In this document: positions 37,366 through 45,993 of the stretch, one piece after another
Position numbering within the stretch: the first letter of the stretch is position 1
Layout of the letters: each line of letters opens with the position of its first letter
The notes under the pieces: generated by a model
The model's database searches: none
Seen by the model: only the letters and a program-made list of their open reading frames with translations
Told to the model about the DNA's origin: nothing
Program-made: the position numbers and the translations under genes
DNA from: Bacteriovoracia bacterium
GTDB taxonomy: Bacteria > Bdellovibrionota > UBA1018 > CAIPTA01
Assembly: GCA_050246755.1 (NCBI GenBank)
Contig: JBFWVL010000004.1
Coordinates: 32,001-96,000, forward strand
Length of the DNA: 64,000 bases
Direction: 5' to 3'

Positions 37366-37671
37366 ATGAAGAAAGCATTTATCGGAAAAAATCAAAAAAT
37401 TGCCCTCGAAATGCTCGACGAAATCGAGCGTACCCGCTCGGGTAATCGCACGATTGAGGAGCTAGAGGAAAAACTCTGGCGTTTGCTCGATGCTACCTGT
37501 GCGGGTTTTCCCGTTACCCTGGCGGGTCAGGTAGACGAATTAGTGCATAACTTACGCCGGCTGCGCAGCGAGAACCGGGCCTTTGCGCATCCCTCTGATG
37601 TGGACGAGGACTATGGAGCAGACGCAATTTACAATGAAGTGGTAAACGCGCTCAGCAGGTTTTTGAGCTAG
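37366..37671 (+). CDS. Hypothetical protein
   Basis: 101 aa helical ORF that fills the gap between neighbours. Confidence 0.55.
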   Translation: MKKAFIGKNQKIALEMLDEIERTRSGNRTIEELEEKLWRLLDATCAGFPVTLAGQVDELVHNLRRLRSENRAFAHPSDVDEDYGADAIYNEVVNALSRFLS

Positions 37672-37707
37672 CTGTCTTTTTTCCTTTCCGGTGATAGCCT
37701 CTTATTC

Positions 37708-38022
37708 ATGCAGTACCTTTTGTCATTCCTGCTGTTAGTCGGCTGTACCTCCAACGAAAAGACCTTGCTCTTCGAGTGCAATGAGCAAAACCAAGGAGAT
37801 GCTTGCTTCAAGCTCGGCAACGCTCACACCGGTGAAGGCGCGCTGGCCTTCTATCGCCGCGGCTGTGAAATAGAGAACGTGAATTCTTGTGGGGCCCTGC
37901 TGACACAAGCCCCGGATAGAGAAAAGGCGCAGGCCGCGCTAAAATCGTTCTGTGATCGCGGCAATGCCAATGCCTGCGGAAAATTAAAAGATGCCGTGGT
38001 GGAGAGTTTCCCGAAAAAATAG
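37708..38022 (+). CDS. Cys-rich Sel1/Hcp-repeat-like lipoprotein
   Basis: Lipobox LVGC; three C-x7-C units (CNEQNQGDAC, CEIENVNSC, CDRGNANAC; the first has one extra residue). Confidence 0.7.
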   Translation: MQYLLSFLLLVGCTSNEKTLLFECNEQNQGDACFKLGNAHTGEGALAFYRRGCEIENVNSCGALLTQAPDREKAQAALKSFCDRGNANACGKLKDAVVESFPKK

Positions 38023-38031
38023 CTGGCTCGT

Positions 38032-38077
38032 AAAATAAAAACTCCGTGATGGGAGCCGCTAAACACCCACCACGGAG
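38032..38077 (-). terminator. Terminator hairpin downstream of the CLC gene
   Basis: Minus strand CTCCGTGGTGGG...CCCATCACGGAG followed by TTTTTATTTT. Confidence 0.65.
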
Positions 38078-38132
38078 AAATGGAAGGAGGAGTACCCTTC
38101 CGGTTGGCTACTGATTTAAAGCCGGTGTCGCA

Positions 38133-39395
38133 TTAAGCTTCGTCTTTCCGCTTGGCTAAAAAATGGTAGAGGGGGGCCGGCATAATTTTCCGGCCGAGGG
38201 TTTGCCCGATAAAGCCGGCCACCATGAAGGGTAAAATCAGGATATGTTCGTCCGTCATTTCCGTAACAATGATAACCGCGGTGAACGGAGCCTGAATGAC
38301 GCCGGAAAAAAACGCCACCATGCCGATCAGTGCACAGGTGCGAAAATTGGAAAGATGAAAAATTTCGGCAATTGCGATGCCGAGGCCGGAGCCAATGCTA
38401 AGGCTAGGGGAGAATATGCCGCCGGCCATGCCGGATAGGTACGATAAAACCGTAGTAATCATTTTAAGAAACGGGAAGGCGATCGCGTATGGTCCGGGAG
38501 CGCTGGCATTCAGGGCTTCACTGGTGACTTCATAGCCCGATCCAGAGGTTGCTCCGGCAGTAAGATAGCAGCAAAGAGCGCAAAGAGTGCCGCAAATAAA
38601 TGCGCGCATTGCCCAGTGTTTGGGCAGCATAGTCATGGCCGGGTAGGCTAATACTTTGGCGAAAAGGCCGCCCAGGAGGCCGCCCGCGATGCCGATTAGC
38701 AGCGCCTCGTAGACCACCTTCAAATCAGGCTTCGCGACCATTGGATGGCCAAAGTAAAGATAGTTGCCGATTATCGCTTGGGCCGTAATTCCCGATACGA
38801 TGACGGCGATCATCAGCATTTGACGAAAGGATCCGAAGGCGCCATCTATTACTTCTTCGATGACAAACGTGATTCCCGCCAGCGGAGTATTGAACGCGGC
38901 CGCCACGCCCGCGGCGGCTCCCGCCGTGAGAAAAGGGGCGGCGCCAATGGCGGATCCGAATTTTGCGGATTTTTTGCCAACAAAGGCAAAGATAGAGGCC
39001 GCGATCTGGATCGTGGGGCCTTCTCTTCCGACGGAGGCCCCGCCTAGTAGTCCCAGGCAGGAGGAAGCCACCTTCACGACGGCGGTCCGAATCGAAACTA
39101 AAGGGGAGGTCCACCCGCGTTGGTCTTGGTTGGCGCGACTTGTTTCAATCGCTTCGAGAACTTGGGGAATGCCGCTGCCTTTAGCGTGCGGGCCGAAACG
39201 CCGCACCGTGGCCGTGGCGGCCAGAAAGAAAAATGGAGCAAGTGCGGAAGTAAGCAATGGATTGGTTTTGAAATGGAGAAAATAGAAGCCTTGTATCAGG
39301 CCAATCAACTTTGCGTAAAATACGGCGATGATTCCCGTAAGGATCGCGGCCACCCAGATCGAGCTATGGTGGTAGGTTTTAATGGCGAAGTTCAT
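38133..39395 (-). CDS. CLC-family Cl-/H+ antiporter
   Basis: GSGIP, GREGP, AAFNTPLAG, GGIFSP motifs; likely ATG at 39395 with a GAGG RBS. Confidence 0.9.
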   Translation of the reverse strand: MNFAIKTYHHSSIWVAAILTGIIAVFYAKLIGLIQGFYFLHFKTNPLLTSALAPFFFLAATATVRRFGPHAKGSGIPQVLEAIETSRANQDQRGWTSPLVSIRTAVVKVASSCLGLLGGASVGREGPTIQIAASIFAFVGKKSAKFGSAIGAAPFLTAGAAAGVAAAFNTPLAGITFVIEEVIDGAFGSFRQMLMIAVIVSGITAQAIIGNYLYFGHPMVAKPDLKVVYEALLIGIAGGLLGGLFAKVLAYPAMTMLPKHWAMRAFICGTLCALCCYLTAGATSGSGYEVTSEALNASAPGPYAIAFPFLKMITTVLSYLSGMAGGIFSPSLSIGSGLGIAIAEIFHLSNFRTCALIGMVAFFSGVIQAPFTAVIIVTEMTDEHILILPFMVAGFIGQTLGRKIMPAPLYHFLAKRKDEA

Positions 39396-39486
39396 GGCCT
39401 CTTCTCGCCGAACGTATCCAAAAGTTCTTGGCATTTTCACACAGTATCTCGTTGCTTTGATAAAGCCAATGTGAAAAAGTATTAAT

Positions 39487-40452
39487 GTGAAAAAAGCGAA
39501 TCGAAAAATTTCGTTTCCGGAGCGCGGTGCCCAGGGAAACCAGATCAATTGGAATCAGGTATTTTATTTTTCCCGCATCGCCTCCGCGGGATCCATTAAA
39601 GATGCGGCAACGGAGCTTAACTTATCACCTTCCACGCTTAGCTTGCATTTGTCGCAGCTCGAAGAGGATTTGAGGGTTCAGCTTTTTCAGCGCGGGCATA
39701 GAAAGCTAATCCTCACTTCTGAAGGTTCCAGACTTTTTATTCACGCAAAAGCAATGTTCGAGTCGGGGCAGCGCTTACTCGATGTGGTTTCTCCACTTCC
39801 TCTCGGTTGCTACCCTGTTTCGGTGGGCTTGGTGCCCAGCCCTTCGCTGCCTGCAGTCAATCGTATTTTTTCTCGTTACTTGAATTTGCAGCAAGGTCTA
39901 AACCTGAAAATCTTTCGTTCCGGTTATTCAGAGCTGGAGGAGGGCTTGACCGGGTCTCGCTTTGATTTTGGTTTTTCGGATCGCCCTCCCGGGAGAAAGG
40001 ATTTGACGTTTCAGATCGTGTCCAACGCGGAAATCCGTTTTTATGTTGCGCCAAAATGGGAAGGCACGCCTTTTTACAGGCTGCTCCAGCGGCTTCCGCT
40101 CTTGATCTGCAATGCCGAGCCGGACCAAAAATCCTTCGCGGAGCAGGCGCTGCTAGAGTCGGAATTGCACCCTTCCGCCGTGGTTACTTCTGACTATCCC
40201 AGCACTCTGCTGGAGCTGTGCCGCAAGGGAGCGGGAATCGGCGTGTTCAGTGAGATCACTTTTTACGGGAGAGAAGAACAGGGCTTGACCTCGCTGAAGG
40301 CACCCAAAGATGCCCCGAAATTGAAAGACAATCTTTACGCGGTTTGGTCGCAAGAGGCTGGAAATACGTTCGCGATCCGTCATCTAAAGCAGGTATTGGC
40401 CGCAGCGGAGGGGAAAATTCAACCCTTAAGGGCGGGCTATGTCGGCCGATAG
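39487..40452 (+). CDS. LysR-family transcriptional regulator
   Basis: INWNQVFYF...GSIKDAATELNLSPSTLS..LEEDL..LFQR..LT.EG; divergent from the CLC gene. Confidence 0.9.
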   Translation: MKKANRKISFPERGAQGNQINWNQVFYFSRIASAGSIKDAATELNLSPSTLSLHLSQLEEDLRVQLFQRGHRKLILTSEGSRLFIHAKAMFESGQRLLDVVSPLPLGCYPVSVGLVPSPSLPAVNRIFSRYLNLQQGLNLKIFRSGYSELEEGLTGSRFDFGFSDRPPGRKDLTFQIVSNAEIRFYVAPKWEGTPFYRLLQRLPLLICNAEPDQKSFAEQALLESELHPSAVVTSDYPSTLLELCRKGAGIGVFSEITFYGREEQGLTSLKAPKDAPKLKDNLYAVWSQEAGNTFAIRHLKQVLAAAEGKIQPLRAGYVGR

Positions 40453-40831
40453 CTTACCCGAAGACGTAAAGAAGTTTATCACGCTATACATCGAAAGCGT
40501 GGAACAGATTCTCGTGCTGCAGATACTTTTTGAAAATCCAGAGAGGGCCTGGACGATCCCTGAATTGACTTTGGAGCTGCGCAGCGCAAACTCTTCGATC
40601 GAGCGCAGGCTAAACAATTTCTATAGTAGTGGCGTGCTTTGGCCACCAGCCAAAGAGGGGGATAAGATCATTTTTTCTCCTAAGGGAAACGAAATGGAAA
40701 AATCTATCCGGCTGCTGATTAAGGCCTTTAGGGAAAGACCTAGTACCACGGTAGAAATGATTTATTCCCGACCAGCTCAGGCCATTCAAGCATTTGCCGA
40801 TGCATTCAAGATTCGGAAGGATGAAAAATGA
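40439..40831 (+). CDS. Hypothetical winged-helix-like protein
   Basis: LPEDVKKFI..IESVEQILVL...ERAWT...AFADAFKI; coupled to both neighbours. Confidence 0.7.
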   Translation: MSADSLPEDVKKFITLYIESVEQILVLQILFENPERAWTIPELTLELRSANSSIERRLNNFYSSGVLWPPAKEGDKIIFSPKGNEMEKSIRLLIKAFRERPSTTVEMIYSRPAQAIQAFADAFKIRKDEK

Positions 40832-41088
40832 TTGCCTCGATCGTTTATCTACTTTGTGCCCTAACGAGTGTGGGTTGTGCGTGGCTTCTTTACTCCAATT
40901 TTAACGAAAAAAAATCGAAACTGCTTTTCTGGAGCGCCACTTGCTTCCTCGGCCTTGCGGTCAGCAATGTCGGATTGTTTGTGGATCTGGTGATGGCTAA
41001 GGGCCACGACCTTTTTCTTCTAAGAACCATTCCCGCACTCGTTGGTGCATACCTTCTGATTTGGGGCCTGATCCGGGAGTCGACATGA
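40828..41088 (+). CDS. DUF5985-like small 3-TM protein
   Basis: VYLLCALTS..CAWLL...LLFWSATCF.GL..SN..LFVDL. Confidence 0.75.
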   Translation: MIASIVYLLCALTSVGCAWLLYSNFNEKKSKLLFWSATCFLGLAVSNVGLFVDLVMAKGHDLFLLRTIPALVGAYLLIWGLIREST

Positions 41089-41357
41089 CGGAGCTTTATC
41101 CCTACCTTAATGGCGCTATGATCGGGGGGTACTTGGTTATTTCTGCCTTCTTTTTCCGCTTCAGAGAAAGAACGAAGGACCAGTTATTCACGTTCTTCAG
41201 CGTGGCGTTTTTTCTTTTTGCGATCGAAAAAATTATTTTCGCGCTTACCAATGATCCAAGCGTGGCGGATGGCGCTTTATTTTACTTGATCCGCCTCGCA
41301 GGTTTTGCGCTGATCATCATTGGCATAGTGAATAAAAACTGGGAGAAGTCCGTTTAG
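41085..41357 (+). CDS. DUF5985-like small 3-TM protein
   Basis: GA...FFFRFRERTKDQLF..F..AF...YLIRLAGFALIIIGIVNKN; ATG at 41085 overlaps the upstream stop. Confidence 0.75.
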   Translation: MTELYPYLNGAMIGGYLVISAFFFRFRERTKDQLFTFFSVAFFLFAIEKIIFALTNDPSVADGALFYLIRLAGFALIIIGIVNKNWEKSV

Positions 41358-41467
41358 GAAGGGCCGCCTAAGGTAATTTTTAGCGAACCGTGCTCAAAAT
41401 GTCTCACGCTGGGCCACAATGACTCGGCGATCGCTGGGGAACCGATGTTTTTCCCTGAGCAAAGGTT

Positions 41468-41483
41468 CGGCGCGAACGTTGCA
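41468..41483 (+). promoter_or_regulatory. sigma54 -24/-12 promoter of the Zn-ADH gene
   Basis: CGGCGCGAACGTTGCA (GG-N10-GC); GTCTCA half-site at 41401-41406. Confidence 0.55.
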
Positions 41484-41521
41484 ACGCTGTTTCAAAATCA
41501 TTCATTGAAGGAAACAGGCAA

Positions 41522-42583
41522 ATGCAAGATAGAAGAATGAAGGCTCTCGTCTTCGTGGCACCGGGAAAAATTGAACTCGTAAGCAAATCAGTGCCCATGC
41601 CGGGGCCAACCGATGCTCTTATCAGGATCACTACTACCACCATCTGCGGCACCGACGTGCACATCCTCAAGGGTGAGTATCCCGTGAAACCGGGACTCAC
41701 GATCGGGCATGAGCCTGTGGGCGTGATCGAAGCCCTGGGTTCGGCGGTAGCCGGTTATAAAATTGGCCAGCGCGTGATCGCCGGCGCCATTACGCCATGC
41801 GGGCAGTGCGGGCCTTGTTTGGATGGAACGCATTCCCAGTGTGGCGGAAAACCCATGGGCGGCTGGCGGTTTGGCAATACGCTGGACGGCGCCCAGGCCG
41901 AATTTCTCCTCGTTCCGAATGCCGCTGCGAACCTGGCATTGGTGCCGGATCATCTCAGCGATGAGGAAGTGCTAATGTGCCCGGATATCATGAGCACCGG
42001 TTTCAGCGGAGCCGAGAGCGGAAAAGTAAAGATAGGTGATTCGGTGGCCGTTTTTGCGCAAGGCCCGATCGGGCTCTGCGCCACCGCGGGTGCGCGGCTT
42101 TCCGGCGCCGGCATGATTTTTACGGTGGATAGCGTGGAGCGCAGGCTAACGATGTCGCGCCAGGTTGGCGCGGACGTAACGATCAATTACCAAGAGAAAG
42201 ATCCCGTGAAGACCATTATGGATTTAACGCATGGGCGCGGGGTAGACGTCGCGATCGAGGCGCTCGGCACGGAGCAAACATTCCAGAGCGGCCTGCGCGT
42301 TCTTAAGCCCGGAGGAACACTTTCTTCGCTGGGCGTTTATTCTAAAGACCTCAAGCTTCCTCTGGATGCTTTCTGCGCAGGCCTCGGCGATCATAAAGTG
42401 GTTACTACTCTCTGCCCCGGCGGAAAAGAAAGGATGCGCCGGCTAATGGAGGTGATCAGTTCTAAGCGAGTAGACCTAAAATCCATGGTCACTCATCGAT
42501 TCAAGCTTAGTCAGATCGTTGAGGCCTACGATCTATTCGCTAGTCAGCGCGAAGGGGTGCTCAAAGTGGCGATAACGCCATAG
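41522..42583 (+). CDS. Zn-dependent alcohol dehydrogenase (MDR family)
   Basis: TICGTD, GHE, CGQCGPC...C, DIMSTG, QGPIGL, LCPGGKERMRRL. Confidence 0.93.
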   Translation: MQDRRMKALVFVAPGKIELVSKSVPMPGPTDALIRITTTTICGTDVHILKGEYPVKPGLTIGHEPVGVIEALGSAVAGYKIGQRVIAGAITPCGQCGPCLDGTHSQCGGKPMGGWRFGNTLDGAQAEFLLVPNAAANLALVPDHLSDEEVLMCPDIMSTGFSGAESGKVKIGDSVAVFAQGPIGLCATAGARLSGAGMIFTVDSVERRLTMSRQVGADVTINYQEKDPVKTIMDLTHGRGVDVAIEALGTEQTFQSGLRVLKPGGTLSSLGVYSKDLKLPLDAFCAGLGDHKVVTTLCPGGKERMRRLMEVISSKRVDLKSMVTHRFKLSQIVEAYDLFASQREGVLKVAITP

Positions 42584-42594
42584 TCATTGAGCGT

Positions 42595-43341
42595 CTAGGG
42601 CGTTGGCAAAAGGTGCGGAGTGATTTTTGCTTTTTTCCCGTGCCAAGATGCGTACACCGAAATCAGCCCGGGCAAAATAAATCCCCTGTAGCCGAGCTTT
42701 AGGAAGATCCAAGCCCCAATGGCTGAACCGATAATAAACGCGATGATCGAGCCAATTCGGAGGTAGTTGGCCCGCAACTCCGCACGGAGCCGGGGCTCTT
42801 TTGCATCAAAGGCAAAAATACGCGCCAGTCCAAGCCCTAGGTCGGTGGTTAGCCCGGTCAAATGAGTGGTCCTAACCGAGCGGCCCGAGGAGGAGGTGAT
42901 CGCCGCATTCTGAAGCCCGCTTGCGAGGCAAAGCAGGCCGAGTAAAACATAATTCTCCTTGAGGCCGAGCGCATATCCAAAGGTTCCCAGCTGCAGGATC
43001 TCTCCTCCGGCGGACGCGAAGAATAAACAAAAAGCTGATAGGCCCATGACCCAATCAAAATGAGGCTGGCGGCCTTGATAAATGGGCTTATCGATGAGCA
43101 GCCCGGCGAGGAACGCTCCTAAAAGGAAAAAGAGCGGCACGGAAAGAATTCCAAATGCCGCCTGAATTTGGTGGTTCGTGATATCCACGCCGAAGAGGGT
43201 AGCGAAACCGGTAACATGACTGACGAAGCGCCCGGTGGCCAAGAATCCGCCGGCATTGATGGCCCCGCCACTAAAGCTCAGGAGGAACCAATGCATGGCT
43301 ACCGTATTGTTCGCATTTTGGTCAAAGCGATGGTTGAACAT
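42595..43341 (-). CDS. YoaK/DUF1275 membrane protein
   Basis: GAINAGGF...FVSHVTG, GLQNA, RTTHLTG..TDLG. Confidence 0.85.
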   Translation of the reverse strand: MFNHRFDQNANNTVAMHWFLLSFSGGAINAGGFLATGRFVSHVTGFATLFGVDITNHQIQAAFGILSVPLFFLLGAFLAGLLIDKPIYQGRQPHFDWVMGLSAFCLFFASAGGEILQLGTFGYALGLKENYVLLGLLCLASGLQNAAITSSSGRSVRTTHLTGLTTDLGLGLARIFAFDAKEPRLRAELRANYLRIGSIIAFIIGSAIGAWIFLKLGYRGFILPGLISVYASWHGKKAKITPHLLPTP

Positions 43342-43405
43342 AGATTCTTTTTACCACCAGATAAGGGGCGCCGTAAAATTAAACGGAATCCAGGCCCTCG
43401 ACTCC

Positions 43406-43954
43406 TTATTTTCTCATTTTCTTAAGCTGAATTAAAAAGTTTTCCAGAAATTCATCTACCTGCTTCCAGTCGGTATACTCGTAGTCTTTGCTCGTGTCGG
43501 TATCGCCGCCGGCTTTTTTGCTAATTCTCTTCATTAAGAGTCTTACCGGCCACCAATAACTACGATACTTCAGTGCTCCGGCAAAGCTTGCGCTGAGGAT
43601 GGGCCGGCAAGCGGTTTCCAGCCCAAATCGCTCGCGAAGGAGGCGATCCGCCTCTCGCGCTTGCGGCCGCTTATCCGCGGCGTTCAGGGTGACCGTGAAG
43701 AATGCGGAAGGCATTTTGTTGATATGCTGTTTATGGTTTTTTGCCCAGTTCACCACGGAGGCCGGGAATTTTCCGCGATAGACGGGAGATCCGCAAATAA
43801 CGGCATCGAATTCTTCGTCGAATCGGCCTGGGCCTCCCGAAGCATCGATTAAGCGAAAACTAAGGCCGCGCCGCCCCAATCCCTCGGCGAGATATCTAGC
43901 TATTTTTTCCGTCTGGCCATGACGGGAGGCGTACGCGACCGCAACTTGCTGCAT
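43406..43954 (-). CDS. hemG: Menaquinone-dependent protoporphyrinogen oxidase (flavodoxin fold)
   Basis: YASRHGQTEKIA, SAFFTV, FAGALKY, DTSKDYEYTDW. Confidence 0.8.
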   Translation of the reverse strand: MQQVAVAYASRHGQTEKIARYLAEGLGRRGLSFRLIDASGGPGRFDEEFDAVICGSPVYRGKFPASVVNWAKNHKQHINKMPSAFFTVTLNAADKRPQAREADRLLRERFGLETACRPILSASFAGALKYRSYWWPVRLLMKRISKKAGGDTDTSKDYEYTDWKQVDEFLENFLIQLKKMRK

Positions 43955-43962
43955 TCTATTCC

Positions 43963-44151
43963 TTAAAGCCTTTTTCGGGTTTTAAAGCCGAAGGCACGGT
44001 AAAGAGGACAGAATCCGGATAGCGCCGAGACGATCGCGATCAGCCCAACGTAGCCCCAAGGGGTCTGCGGGCCGAAGAAAACCAGGCTAAGTATCGCGAA
44101 GCCGAAAATAATTCGGAAAAAACGATCATAGCTTCCTACGTTTTTTGTCAT
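43963..44151 (-). CDS. DUF2892 small membrane protein
   Basis: KNVGSYDRFFR...GFCPLY..FG. Confidence 0.85.
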   Translation of the reverse strand: MTKNVGSYDRFFRIIFGFAILSLVFFGPQTPWGYVGLIAIVSALSGFCPLYRAFGFKTRKRL

Positions 44152-45086
44152 TTAGCCGCCCGGATTTCCATTACCGGCGTTTCCGCAGAGGCGAGCACCG
44201 AACGGATCGTGCCGCCCAAGAGCGCAGGAGTTTTCGTGGTCCGATAGCTTGCGAGCGCGATAAGGTCGTAATGCTTGCTCTTGGCGAATTTCGTGATCGC
44301 TCGGGCCGTGCTTTCAAATGTCTTTACCATTCTATAGTCGCAGCTCACGCCCATCGTTTTGGCTTCGCGGCACCACTTTTCGGCAACTTTCCTATTCTCT
44401 TCTCTTTGAAGGGCTTCGGACTCCATTACCCACGTGGCCGCCGCACCAAAATCCATCCCGGCGTAGGGAATGGCTGGATTACGGGCCACGAAGAGCAAAT
44501 GAACGGAAGCGCCGAAGTCTTTTGCGGTACCTAGAACTTTGACAAAAGCTTTATGGGAGCGTTCCGTCAAGTCGGTGGGAAACAAAATTTCTTTGATGCC
44601 GCCAGATACCTCGGCGTTCGGGCCTACTGCCAATATGGGTAGTTCCGATTGCTCGATGATCGCTTCGGCAAAGCCGCCGAGTTTAAAAGGCGACTTCGAG
44701 GCCGTAGTTTTCGTATTTACCGCGATGAATCCCGCTTTCCGCTTTTTCGCAAATTTTAGGACGTCGTTCACCAGCTCCCGACGCGAGGAATTGTCCCGTA
44801 CTTCTACTTCCGGGGTGGCGGTTTGGGTCATTTTAAGCTGACCCAAATTCTTTTTTACCGACTTAATGCCATACGCCTTTAGGTCGCGGCCAAAATCGTA
44901 ACTTACCGGCACCGGCCAGCGGAGCCCGCCGGGAGAAATTACGGAGAAGGGAAGGATGGAGGGAGATTTTCCTTTCGTCCAGTTAGTTAAAAATTTTGCC
45001 AAGGGAGCGCGTTCCGCATTCTTCCCCTCGAAGGGATCAATGGCCCAGACTACCGGCTTTTTAGAAGTTTGCGTGCGAGTGTTCAT
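44148..45086 (-). CDS. Tandem-domain universal stress protein
   Basis: ILFPTDLT, LGGFAEAIIEQSELPILAV, LLGGTIRSVL...PVM; ATG at 45086 with a GGAG RBS. Confidence 0.85.
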   Translation of the reverse strand: MNTRTQTSKKPVVWAIDPFEGKNAERAPLAKFLTNWTKGKSPSILPFSVISPGGLRWPVPVSYDFGRDLKAYGIKSVKKNLGQLKMTQTATPEVEVRDNSSRRELVNDVLKFAKKRKAGFIAVNTKTTASKSPFKLGGFAEAIIEQSELPILAVGPNAEVSGGIKEILFPTDLTERSHKAFVKVLGTAKDFGASVHLLFVARNPAIPYAGMDFGAAATWVMESEALQREENRKVAEKWCREAKTMGVSCDYRMVKTFESTARAITKFAKSKHYDLIALASYRTTKTPALLGGTIRSVLASAETPVMEIRAAK

Positions 45087-45120
45087 TTTTTCTCCCATTT
45101 CAATAATTTAACTCTTTAAG

Positions 45121-45136
45121 TGCAACCGGTATGCCA
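45121..45136 (-). promoter_or_regulatory. sigma54 promoter of the usp-DUF2892-hemG operon
   Basis: Minus strand TGGCATACCGGTTGCA; degenerate palindromes at 45184-45200 and 45205-45221. Confidence 0.7.
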
Positions 45137-45294
45137 GCCATAGCGCCGGTTATCGGTGCGTACGCAGAGAGAGAGAGAATCTTTGAGAATAAATGTCGGG
45201 CGTTTGAGTCGAATCGGCCCAAATGAAATGTATCGATATATCTTTAGCGCTCCTGGCGAAATTAAGCCGTGGCGAAGATCGCCACGAAATTTAG

Positions 45295-45993
45295 CTATGG
45301 CGTTTTTGGGAGATCGTCTGGAAACAAAGGATCACGTGATCCGTGGCAATAGGGGTATGTGGTTGTTTTTTTATGACCGTATTCCGAGGGTACCATCGTC
45401 GCGCTTAGCCTAATTCCTATAGGTAGAAAGGCCAGCAATAGAAAAGAAATGGGCAAGGCTTTGGGGAAACGTTTTCTTAGTTGTTCAAATGGCTTTCGTA
45501 GGACGCTTGTGCCGGCTTCAAGAACTGGAACTGTACCCAGCCAAAGACAAAAGAGAAGTAGGGAGCCATCCCATGGGCTACGCGTGGCTACCGCCGCCGC
45601 GATCCAGCCGTAGAGCAATCCGCAGGGAAGTATTCCGGTTCCCAGGCCGAGAAGAAAAGGGTTCCGTGCCAGCCGCGAAACTATTTTGCCTCGCAGGGTG
45701 TGCATGGCAAACGGTAAGGCAATTTTTAAAATGAAAGCAATGAACGTTAGGGCAATCAAACAGATTAGAAATAGAGGGGAGAGGAAAGTTCCGAAGAGGC
45801 CGGCGAAAAGGCCTAATGATAAGTAGGCAAAAAGGCGCCCGGCCTGATACTCGGCAGATGCGCGAAACGAGTGCCCCGCAATGAATCTGAGTGGGCCACA
45901 CATTCCTAAGCAGTGGAGGCTGCCGGTAGTGGACGCAATCAGAGCAACTCCAAAAACGCCGAGGCTAGCCAAACTAAATACCGGGGCCCACAA
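45295..45993 (-). CDS. DsbD_2/TauE-like cbb3 accessory membrane protein
   Basis: GSLHCLGMCGP, YQAGR, LPCGLLY, LGTVP. Confidence 0.85.
   Translation of the reverse strand: MWAPVFSLASLGVFGVALIASTTGSLHCLGMCGPLRFIAGHSFRASAEYQAGRLFAYLSLGLFAGLFGTFLSPLFLICLIALTFIAFILKIALPFAMHTLRGKIVSRLARNPFLLGLGTGILPCGLLYGWIAAAVATRSPWDGSLLLFCLWLGTVPVLEAGTSVLRKPFEQLRKRFPKALPISFLLLAFLPIGIRLSATMVPSEYGHKKTTTYPYCHGSRDPLFPDDLPKTP

Noticed and set aside
38133-39548. CLC gene as a fluoride exporter with a riboswitch
   Set aside because: It has canonical GSGIP/GREGP motifs rather than the CLC-F GNNLI/GREGT, and no fluoride riboswitch consensus was seen upstream.
45166-45178. (AG)6 dinucleotide run between the enhancer site and the sigma54 promoter, as a phase-variation tract
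   Set aside because: Only 13 bp, too short to argue for slippage without read-level length variation.
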